From a virus (taxonomy: Duplodnaviria; Caudoviricetes): a stretch of 58,934 nt of DNA. The stretch is from positions 1 through 58,934 of IMG/VR virus record IMGVR_UViG_3300037258_000356. The stretch is one strand, 5' to 3'. The stretch's first letter is position 1. Every line of letters begins with the position of its first letter. Below the pieces are notes generated by a model, which worked only from the letters and a program-made list of their open reading frames with translations, was not told the DNA's origin and searched no databases. Both the position numbers and the translations under genes were made by a program. This document shows positions 1 to 7,471 of this stretch, piece by piece.

Positions 1-94
1 GGATGCCTACCGAACGGCAGACGACCGGAGAATGCGTCTACTTGCCATGCATCCCTAGCATAGCGATGCTACCTGCTGTAAAGGGATAATCGCC
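1..94 (+). mobile_element. Right end of a second, truncated copy of the IS1595-family element
   Basis: 1-94 is identical to 57991-58084 and ends in the right terminal IR (...AAGGGATAATCGCC). Confidence 0.9.
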
Positions 95-1021
95 GAAGTT
101 GGTGACCTTGCACAGCAGCTCGTAGCGCTGCCGGCGACGTAGAACGTCCCAGCCTTTCTCGCTTGAGTGGCCGTCCGCTTCGACGCCTTTCACGGCGGCG
201 CGCCACACCTGCTTGCGCATCGTGACCAGGCCGGCGAGTGCGGCCGCGACCTGGTGCGGGTGGACGTGCGGGTGCTTCTCGAGCTGCTGGTAGTGCTGCA
301 CCGCCGCGCGCTCCGCGGGGAGCAGAACGGCGAGCGGATTCGGCTTCGGCGGCGACGCTTTCCTCGTTGACCATTGGCCGTAGTCGGCGGCGACAGCCTC
401 GTCGATGTCGAAGCCGTTCAGGTACTGCGCCTGGTGCACCTGGGCGCGCGGCTCCCACTCGAGCGGATGCCCTTCCGACGACCATGCGGACGTCTGGAAG
501 CAGAAGTCGATCAGCTCCTGGCCGAAGAGCTCCTGCGCCGTCGCGAGGCCGCCGTACGCGCCTCTGGCGCCTTTCTGGCCGTCGTGAAGCTGCAGCGTCC
601 TGGCTGCGTACCCGCGGAAGTACGGCGTGATCTGCGACGGCTCGAGGGTGTCATCGAAGTCGACGGCGGCGAGGATCGGCCGGCCCTTCGGCATGCCGGC
701 CGCCCACGCGAGCGGAAACCAGGTGCTCGCATCCTCCTCGCCCGCAGCCGTGCCTTGGAGGGCACGACTGGCGGTCAGCTCACCGCAGAGAACGATGTCG
801 TAGCCGAGGCTCGAGAGTTCCTCGACCTCAGCGTGCGTGATGCCCTTCGGGTCGCCCTCGAAGCTCGGCGCGTACCGGATGACGAAGCTGCCACGCGGGC
901 TGAGCGACTCAAGGATCGCCCGTGCCTGGAGCGGCGTCATCGCGTAGTAGTCGATTCCCGACGCTTCGAACTGAGCCTTGGTCCACGCGCGGACGCCCTG
1001 GCGAACGGTGACGGCGCTCAT
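38..1021 (-). CDS. Endolysin, DUF1906/Rv2525c-like glycoside hydrolase; C-terminal tail read from IS sequence
   Basis: Start MSAVTVRQG with ATGA overlap on the holin stop; GIDY...FVIRY...AVDFD...GAYGG...QTSAWS motifs; downstream of holin. Confidence 0.75.
   Translation of the reverse strand: MSAVTVRQGVRAWTKAQFEASGIDYYAMTPLQARAILESLSPRGSFVIRYAPSFEGDPKGITHAEVEELSSLGYDIVLCGELTASRALQGTAAGEEDASTWFPLAWAAGMPKGRPILAAVDFDDTLEPSQITPYFRGYAARTLQLHDGQKGARGAYGGLATAQELFGQELIDFCFQTSAWSSEGHPLEWEPRAQVHQAQYLNGFDIDEAVAADYGQWSTRKASPPKPNPLAVLLPAERAAVQHYQQLEKHPHVHPHQVAAALAGLVTMRKQVWRAAVKGVEADGHSSEKGWDVLRRRQRYELLCKVTNFGDYPFTAGSIAMLGMHGK
95..102 (+). repeat. 8-bp target site duplication GAAGTTGG, copy 1
   Basis: Directly follows the IS right IR; the same 8-mer at 54406-54413 directly precedes the IS left IR; 8-bp duplications are typical of IS1595. 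Confidence 0.9.
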
Positions 1022-1494
1022 GCGCCTGGTGCCTGGGCTACCGCCGGAGCCGCCTCGACCGGCGTGACGGGCTGCGGCGGCTGCGCGGCGGCTTCCTGCT
1101 GGTCGCTGGGAAGGTTGAATCCGAGCTGCTTGAGAATCTCCGACGGGTCCTTGACGTCCTGCAGCGCGTCGGAGAGCAGCGCCTTGATGTCGGCGGTGGT
1201 GGGGAGCTTGTCGATACCGATCTTGCCGGCGACGTTCGACGCGAGCTGGTCGAGGTCGATCGACTCGGGGGTGATGCCGGTGGTGCTCTTGATCGCGGTG
1301 ACGGCCTTGATCGCGGTGCGCGACGCGGCGAGGGCGATGCCGCTGATGACGCTCCACTTCGCTGCCGCACCGTGCGAGAGCGACGCGGGGTTGACGAGCG
1401 AGACGATCCACGGTGTGACCGCGGCGGCGGCGAGAATGATGCCTTCGAGGGTGCGCACAGCCTTGGTCAGCGGGGCGCTGAGCTTCGGTATCAC
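1018..1494 (-). CDS. Holin-like membrane protein
   Basis: Two N-terminal hydrophobic segments, AAGGA RBS, immediately upstream of the endolysin. Confidence 0.6.
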   Translation of the reverse strand: MIPKLSAPLTKAVRTLEGIILAAAAVTPWIVSLVNPASLSHGAAAKWSVISGIALAASRTAIKAVTAIKSTTGITPESIDLDQLASNVAGKIGIDKLPTTADIKALLSDALQDVKDPSEILKQLGFNLPSDQQEAAAQPPQPVTPVEAAPAVAQAPGA

Positions 1495-1531
1495 TGCTAG
1501 GTCCTTTCGGAGGAGGAGAGGCGCTTGCGGC

Positions 1532-1963
1532 TTAGTGGCTGGCGTGCGGGTCGCTCGCGCACGGAAGGTCTGGAAGGACGAACGGGTGCAGCTTCTCGAG
1601 CGCGGGGTTCGCGATCTCGGCTTCGACGAGCGCGTCGAGGACGCTGCGTGCGAGGTGGGCGTTGGCGGTGTCGCCGGGGATCTCGCTGTTGATGACGCCG
1701 AGCTCGGTGCGCAGCTGCTTCGGCGTGGCTGGCGCGTTGAAGATGCGGAGGTAGTCGATGACGCCGTCGACGGAGCAGGAGAAGTGCGCGTTCGTTTGCG
1801 CCTGATCGTGGTGGTGGTTGTTGATGTAGAGGACGAGCGCGAGGACCATCACGGTCAGACCGATGCTGACGAGAGTGAGCCAGCCGTAAACGGTCACGAG
1901 CGCGCGCGGGATGGGCAGCTGCTCGCGCGGCGTTCTTTTCCTGCGCGGCGGCGTTGGCGTCAT
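1532..1963 (-). CDS. Single-TM membrane protein (lysis cassette)
   Basis: MTPTPPRRKR basic N-terminus followed by one TM segment; ATGA overlap with the upstream gene. Confidence 0.55.
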   Translation of the reverse strand: MTPTPPRRKRTPREQLPIPRALVTVYGWLTLVSIGLTVMVLALVLYINNHHHDQAQTNAHFSCSVDGVIDYLRIFNAPATPKQLRTELGVINSEIPGDTANAHLARSVLDALVEAEIANPALEKLHPFVLPDLPCASDPHASH

Positions 1964-2160
1964 CGTCTGCGTTCCCTCCAGACTGCTGCGTCGATCGCGA
2001 TGACCGTGAGGACGGTCACGGAGGCGAGGACGTAGCCTTCGGTGTGGCAGAACCGCCACGGCACGAGCGCGACAAGCACCCCGTACGCGGCGGCGGCCGC
2101 GGCGGCGAAAGCAAGGATGCCGCGCCGGCGCCGGTAGATGCGGTGCAGCGCCCGGGTCAC
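1960..2160 (-). CDS. Small 2-TM membrane protein
   Basis: GTG start overlapping the upstream stop; two hydrophobic stretches. Confidence 0.45.
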   Translation of the reverse strand: MTRALHRIYRRRRGILAFAAAAAAAYGVLVALVPWRFCHTEGYVLASVTVLTVIAIDAAVWRERRR

Positions 2161-2381
2161 ATGATCCTCCGGCTGACCGCGTCGGCGAACTTGCCGCCGA
2201 TCGCGAGGGTGACGCCGGCGCCGAGGACGTAGGGCCTGTCGAGCCTGTCGAACAAGGTCTCGTAGGCGATGACGAGCATGCCGAGCGCCTGGGGGACGAG
2301 CGGCCACCACCACGGGACGCGGTGGCGAGGCTCCTCCTCTCGGGCTGGCCTTGGGGCCTGGGGACGGCGCGGCTGCGTCAT
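2157..2381 (-). CDS. Small 2-TM membrane protein
   Basis: 74 aa with two hydrophobic stretches, coupled to its neighbours. Confidence 0.5.
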   Translation of the reverse strand: MTQPRRPQAPRPAREEEPRHRVPWWWPLVPQALGMLVIAYETLFDRLDRPYVLGAGVTLAIGGKFADAVSRRIM

Positions 2382-2708
2382 TCATCCGGCGCGTTCGGCA
2401 TCGGGATCCCCCTTCGCAGCAGCAGCATGCGTTTGCTCGCGGTGCGCGGTGTCAGCGGCGAGCTGCGCTAGCGACGCGCAGCCCTGCCCGAAGTCGGTTG
2501 CGGCGTTTGCGTAGAGCGAGATGATCGCGACGAACGCGACGTCTCTGAACAGGCTTTGCGTAAACGGGACCTTGACGAGGTAGAGCACGATGAGCGCGGT
2601 CCAGATGACGGCGCGCACGAAGCCGCTGATGACGAGGATGAGCGCGACGTGGCGCTGCCGGCGGACGTGACTGTGGAGGCGGTGAGCGCGGAGCAGTACG
2701 CGGCTCAC
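2382..2708 (-). CDS. 2-TM membrane protein
   Basis: 108 aa with two TM segments; GTGA overlap with the tail fibre gene. Confidence 0.55.
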   Translation of the reverse strand: MSRVLLRAHRLHSHVRRQRHVALILVISGFVRAVIWTALIVLYLVKVPFTQSLFRDVAFVAIISLYANAATDFGQGCASLAQLAADTAHREQTHAAAAKGDPDAERAG

Positions 2709-3697
2709 GTGTTGCGAACCTCGTAGTAGATGTAGGCGTTCTGAGCCTGAATGCCGCCAGCGGCCGCGGACGCACAGTATTCGCCGGTGAGTGTGTGCAC
2801 GCCGGCGTTGAGCTGATTATTGGCAAGCACGGCGCCCGAGGTCACAACGGCGAATCGTTTGAGGACCAGGCCGCCGGGTGCTGCGGTGCCGAGGGCGGTG
2901 GTGATGCTGCCCATGTTGGTGGAAATCATGGGGTTGACGGCTGTGCCATCCACCACCAGCGCCGCCATGATGTTGTTGCCGTTCGCCACGATGGCCGGGT
3001 AGAACCTGACTACGAGGACTTGCCCGGCCAGTAGAGATGGTGTGGTGACGCTGAGTCCGGCGATGGTCTGCGGTGAGTTGCTTGCCGTGCCGGAGGCTCC
3101 GCTGTCGTAGTCGATGCCGCTCACGGGAAGACCGGGCACCGTGCCGGTCTGGGCGACGGACCGCGCGTCCTGCGACGTCGAGAGCGAGTAGGTGCCGGAC
3201 GTGTTGAGAATCACGACGTTCATCAGCCGGTACCGGCCGGACGCGACCGCCGGGGGGTTGGCGAGCGCTAGCGCGCTGGTGTTCTGATCGGTGCCTTTCG
3301 CGGACAGTGCAACGGACGCGGTGGCACCCCACGTTCCGCCGACGAGGTCGATCCCGACCGTCGCGTATTTCCCTGACGCGGGAAGCGACGGCGTAGCGGA
3401 GTAGCTGCCGGTGGGGATGGCGTTGCGAACGAGCACGCCGGATGAGAGGGCGAGGTACGCGTTGCCGGCGGCGATGCCGGTGAGCGAGACGACACCGGCG
3501 CTTGAGACCGCAGGGTTGGCGACAAGGCCGGCGCCGGCGGCCACGACGCCGGCGAGGAGCAGGTCGTTGGCGAGCTCGGGAACGATGACGTCGAGGGCTG
3601 CGGCCATGTCGGCGAGGCCCTGCGCAAAGTTCGACCCGTTGTTCGCGGAGGTCGGGTAGGGGATGCCGAGGAGGCTGGTGTCGGTCTCGGTGGCCAC
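2705..3697 (-). CDS. Tail fibre / receptor-binding protein
   Basis: LGIPYP N-terminal motif, Ala/Gly/Ser/Thr-rich, last gene of the baseplate block. Confidence 0.6.
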   Translation of the reverse strand: MATETDTSLLGIPYPTSANNGSNFAQGLADMAAALDVIVPELANDLLLAGVVAAGAGLVANPAVSSAGVVSLTGIAAGNAYLALSSGVLVRNAIPTGSYSATPSLPASGKYATVGIDLVGGTWGATASVALSAKGTDQNTSALALANPPAVASGRYRLMNVVILNTSGTYSLSTSQDARSVAQTGTVPGLPVSGIDYDSGASGTASNSPQTIAGLSVTTPSLLAGQVLVVRFYPAIVANGNNIMAALVVDGTAVNPMISTNMGSITTALGTAAPGGLVLKRFAVVTSGAVLANNQLNAGVHTLTGEYCASAAAGGIQAQNAYIYYEVRNT

Positions 3698-3709
3698 TGC
3701 GCTCCCTTG

Positions 3710-4483
3710 CTAGGTGACGTCTGCGAGTTGCGCGACCGCGAGCTGCGCGGTGATCGCGGAGAAGTTCCGGGTGTACTGGGCGAGCAGCGGGGCGCCGGCG
3801 ACGCCGCCGATGATGTTCACGAGGATGCCGGCGGGTTTGACGGCGTCGATCGCGGCGAGCAGCGCCGTGCTGTTCCCGGACGGCGTGAGTTGTGCGGTGT
3901 TGACGACGACGGCGATCTGGTAGGCGTCAGCGGCGAGCGTTGATGTGGACCGCTCGTACAGCTGGTACTGGCTGGTGATCGCGATCTCGGTGAGGTTTGT
4001 TGTCGCGAATGTCGCGCCGCTGGTGAACGAGCTCGTCGTCAGGTAGTAGACGGGCGAGCCGGGTGTCGCGGCGTAGGAGACGATCACGCCGGACGCGTAG
4101 GCGGTGTTGGGCTGCCAGACGGTGCTGATGTTGCGCTCGATGGCGGAGCGGATGGATGCGGGCGTGCCGCGGTGCATGCCGGCCTCGGCCTGGATGAGTG
4201 CGCGCGCGGTCGCGTCGTCGGTGCCGTCGGGGATCGACACGCCGACGAACTGGCCGAGGTAGGGGAGGTCGGCGGTCGGGCACTTTGTGACGTCGAACAG
4301 GCTGCCCCAGCCGGGGACGTAGTCGTCGTCGCCGTCGGTGCCTTGTTCTGCGACGAGGGTGTAGACGGGGTCGAACATTGAGCCCCATGCGTCGCAGAAG
4401 ATGGCGAGCGCGTCGTTTTGCGCGGCGGGCGGGAATTCGTCGTAGAGCAGCTGCCCGTACGGGCTTTCGATGACGAACGACAT
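3710..4483 (-). CDS. Baseplate wedge protein, P2 gpI-like
   Basis: CPTADLPYLGQFVGV...RGTPASIR...KPAGI motifs; follows baseplate J. Confidence 0.75.
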   Translation of the reverse strand: MSFVIESPYGQLLYDEFPPAAQNDALAIFCDAWGSMFDPVYTLVAEQGTDGDDDYVPGWGSLFDVTKCPTADLPYLGQFVGVSIPDGTDDATARALIQAEAGMHRGTPASIRSAIERNISTVWQPNTAYASGVIVSYAATPGSPVYYLTTSSFTSGATFATTNLTEIAITSQYQLYERSTSTLAADAYQIAVVVNTAQLTPSGNSTALLAAIDAVKPAGILVNIIGGVAGAPLLAQYTRNFSAITAQLAVAQLADVT

Positions 4484-4538
4484 CAGCGCGGCTCAGCGAG
4501 CTTGGGAGTTGTTCGCAGGCACCGGTAGAGTGGAACGG

Positions 4539-5231
4539 ATGCCAAGGCTGATTCCTCCAGGGACTCGGTTCGGGCGGCTCGTTGTGAGCGAACCGACTGG
4601 GGAGATCAAGTGGCGCTACTACCTCGTCTATAGCTGCATCTGCGACTGCGGCAACACGGCCGAGGTCCCCTCAGGATCTCTACGGAGTGGGACCACCCAG
4701 TCATGCGGGTGCCTCAAGATCGAGCTCGCGGTCGAGCGCCTCCCCGCAATGACGTCAACTGCGACTCATCACGGACACAGCCGTCGCCGACGCAAGCACC
4801 CGCTCTACAGGGTCTGGCAGCAGATGCGCGACCGCTGCAACAATCCGCGCAATCCCGCTTACCACAACTACGGTGGACGCGGAATCAGCGTCTGCGAGCG
4901 ATGGGAAAGCTTCGCGAGCTTTCTTTCCGACATGGGCGAGCGCCCGGATGGAATGACCCTCGACCGCATCGACAACGACGGCAACTACGAGCCCGGAAAC
5001 TGCCGCTGGGCAACTCGCAAACAGCAAACCGAGAATCAGCGGCCAGCAACGTTCACTCGCGAAAACCGTCCCCGGGGCGAAGCGGCGCCAGCGGCAAAAT
5101 TCTCCGACGAGCAAATTCGATGCTTGCGCAACGACTGGGCCACAGGGGCGTACCAGCAGAGAGATCTCGTCGCGCGGTACGGCATCAGCGCAAGTCAAGT
5201 CAGCCGTCTTGTTCGTGGCCTGTCGCGCTAG
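4539..5231 (+). CDS. Free-standing HNH homing endonuclease with C-terminal HTH
   Basis: FGRLVV...CICDCG...SCGC; YGGRGISVCERW...TLDRIDNDGNYEPGNCRWAT; TAGAGT -10-like element 7 nt before the ATG. Confidence 0.85.
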   Translation: MPRLIPPGTRFGRLVVSEPTGEIKWRYYLVYSCICDCGNTAEVPSGSLRSGTTQSCGCLKIELAVERLPAMTSTATHHGHSRRRRKHPLYRVWQQMRDRCNNPRNPAYHNYGGRGISVCERWESFASFLSDMGERPDGMTLDRIDNDGNYEPGNCRWATRKQQTENQRPATFTRENRPRGEAAPAAKFSDEQIRCLRNDWATGAYQQRDLVARYGISASQVSRLVRGLSR

Positions 5232-6655
5232 ACGGAAGACCCCTGCACCGTTGGTGTGGTCAAGTCCGTTTGTGGCAGCGGCGCGGGTCCGGGGAGCGTG
5301 AGGTCGCTGGTGCCGGTCGGTGATGCGGTGAACCCGATCGCGAGGCCCGAGGATCCCGGTGGCACGTAGTCGACGCCGGGGACGTTTTCGATGAGGCCGA
5401 GGACCTTGTTGTAGCGGACGGTCGCGAAGCCTTGGACGCTGTTGAGCCACGGGGACTGCCCTGCGGCGTTTGCGGCGTTCTGGGGGTTGCCCCACAGGAA
5501 CGGGTTGAGGTAGGTGACGAGCGCCGCGTCGATGTTCGCGATGACGGCTGAGGCGCTGTACCCGGGAAGGATGTGCGCTTCGTAGGTGATGTAGACCTTG
5601 GTGAATGTCGGGGCGATGACGAAGACCTGGAAGTTGATCTCGCGGAAGCTTTCGAGCCATGTCGCGATGTCGCCCATGTCGGTCGAGTCGAGGGCGTTGC
5701 CGTTGGGGTCGGTGACGAAGACGGTGACGCAGCGGCTGTTGCCTGTGGTCCCGGCCTGGATCGAGACGCCGGAGGCTGTAGCGGTCGCGGCGGCGCTCAT
5801 GACGAGCGTGCTGGCGCCGGTGTTGGTGGAGACAACGGTGGTCCCGGCGGGGATCCCGTTGCCGGTGAGGACGGTGCCGGCGGCGACGTCGGTGAAGCTT
5901 GAGACGGAGCTGAGGGTGGTGCTGCTCGAGGTCGTCGATGCGGTGAACGTCGCGGCGTCGGGGTTGTACCCGTCGATCGCGGTCGCGCGGCCGATCGCGG
6001 TGGCGGACGCGATGATGCCGGACGGGATCGCAAGGGTTTTGACGGCGTAGTCGTTGGCGGTGATCGGCGCCTCGTTTAAAAGCGACAGCGCCTGGGCGAG
6101 CATGTCCTGGTAGGCGGGGTCGGTTTGCTGGTCCTGGCCTCCGGCGGTCTCGCCCGTGACGCTGATGGAGGTGACCCAGTCCAGGGCGTCGACGAGAGCG
6201 ATGGGGCTCGACAGGCCGTTGTAGGCGCTGCCGGTGTCGGAGGCGACGAGGTTGACCGTCGCGGTGCTCGATCCGGAGGCGACGATAACGTCGGTTTCGA
6301 CGTAGAACGCGTAGTCGGCGATCGTGACCTGCGTGCCACCGGGGATCGTGTGCCCGAGAGTGTCGGCCAGGGTCCAGGTGCTCGCCACGACTGCTGCGGC
6401 GCCCTGCTGGTAGGGGGTGTCGAGGAGCTGCGTTCCGAACTCGCGGAAGATCGCGGAGGGGACTTGGGCAGCGACGTTTGTGAGGTCGGCGGCTTGCGCG
6501 CCGCCGACGTTTAGAAGGACGATCTCCTGGTTGCCTTCGTTCGGCACGTAGCCGACGACGCCGTTCGCGGCGAGGTTCGCGGCGAGCCTGGCGATGGCGG
6601 TGTCGGTGATCGTTGCGGCGTCGGTGGTGAGCGCGATGTCGAGAAAGTCGGTCAC
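5228..6655 (-). CDS. Baseplate J/gp47 family protein
   Basis: TIPGGTQV...GSAYN...AGGQDQQTD...PITANDY...VPGVDYV motifs; synteny. Confidence 0.85.
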   Translation of the reverse strand: MTDFLDIALTTDAATITDTAIARLAANLAANGVVGYVPNEGNQEIVLLNVGGAQAADLTNVAAQVPSAIFREFGTQLLDTPYQQGAAAVVASTWTLADTLGHTIPGGTQVTIADYAFYVETDVIVASGSSTATVNLVASDTGSAYNGLSSPIALVDALDWVTSISVTGETAGGQDQQTDPAYQDMLAQALSLLNEAPITANDYAVKTLAIPSGIIASATAIGRATAIDGYNPDAATFTASTTSSSTTLSSVSSFTDVAAGTVLTGNGIPAGTTVVSTNTGASTLVMSAAATATASGVSIQAGTTGNSRCVTVFVTDPNGNALDSTDMGDIATWLESFREINFQVFVIAPTFTKVYITYEAHILPGYSASAVIANIDAALVTYLNPFLWGNPQNAANAAGQSPWLNSVQGFATVRYNKVLGLIENVPGVDYVPPGSSGLAIGFTASPTGTSDLTLPGPAPLPQTDLTTPTVQGSSV

Positions 6656-7011
6656 TCACTGCTCCCGTTCACGGCGACGTCGATGACGATGTCCCATGAG
6701 CCTGGGGCGACATCCGGGCCTTGGGTGATGGTCAGCAGTGCGCGCGGCTCAAGCGCGTTGATCGCGTCGGCGATCGCCTGCACGTCCATCGGCGTTGACG
6801 CGAAGAGCGGGTCGGGAATTCCGAAGGTGGGCTGGTCGGCCCGGTAGCCCTGCGGGGTGTCGCAGATCAGGTGCACGCATGCTTCGATTTCGTCGAGGGT
6901 GTCCTGCTCGACTACGACGGCGCCTTGCGCGGTGATCTGGAGGGGGTAGGCGAGGTGCGGGGTGTCGACGGGCTGCTCGCTCAAGACACCGCCTGAGATC
7001 ACGACAGGCAT
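6652..7011 (-). CDS. GpW/gp25-like baseplate protein
   Basis: TPQGYRADQPTFGIPD...EPRA motif. Confidence 0.8.
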   Translation of the reverse strand: MPVVISGGVLSEQPVDTPHLAYPLQITAQGAVVVEQDTLDEIEACVHLICDTPQGYRADQPTFGIPDPLFASTPMDVQAIADAINALEPRALLTITQGPDVAPGSWDIVIDVAVNGSSE

Positions 7012-7041
7012 CAGGTCCTCCCGGGCGCACGGACGCCAGCC

Positions 7042-7461
7042 CTACGGGTTGTAGTAGGGCAGCTTGTAGAGCGTGCCCGAGACGTTTATCTCCAGGAAGC
7101 CGGCTGGACTGCTGGGCAACGTTCGGGTGCCCGCGGTTGCCGTCGTCGCCGTCGGGCTCGTGAAGTTCGCGACCCCCGTGCTTTCCTGCTCCCACCACAC
7201 GACGTATGAAGCGCCTCGGTTGTCGTAGGCGACGAGAACGTCGGCTCCTTGTTGCGGTAGCGCGGACCCGCTGCCGGCGAGCCACTGGCATGGCATCGAC
7301 AGATCTGGCGATAGGTCTGGGATGACCACGTAGAGATCGTCGCCCGGTGCGGCTGGCGCCGGTTTGCTTGTACTGACGTAACCGGCGAAGAGCACGGGTT
7401 TGGTTGCGGGCGCCGGGGGCCGGGGGCCGCCTTGGCGGACGAGCTGCGCGGGATCAGCCAA
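7042..7461 (-). CDS. Baseplate spike, gpV-like
   Basis: OB-fold-like LPQQGADVLVAYD; position upstream of gp25. Confidence 0.6.
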   Translation of the reverse strand: MADPAQLVRQGGPRPPAPATKPVLFAGYVSTSKPAPAAPGDDLYVVIPDLSPDLSMPCQWLAGSGSALPQQGADVLVAYDNRGASYVVWWEQESTGVANFTSPTATTATAGTRTLPSSPAGFLEINVSGTLYKLPYYNP

Positions 7462-7471
7462 CAGGCGCCTC

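Noticed and set aside
1-94. 94-bp direct repeat with 57991-58084 read as prophage attL/attR or phage terminal repeats
   Set aside because: It is the right end of the IS, including its terminal IR; the integrase and a candidate attP are internal to the phage
374-2035. Long + strand and alternative-frame ORFs (also 10898-12664, 28222-29907 and 4755-6659)
   Set aside because: Arg/Ala/Gly-rich shadow ORFs of real genes, expected at high GC, with no recognisable motifs
4484-5231. Group I intron carrying the HNH gene
   Set aside because: Flanking genes J and I are each complete, the HNH is antisense, and there is no room for a ribozyme core
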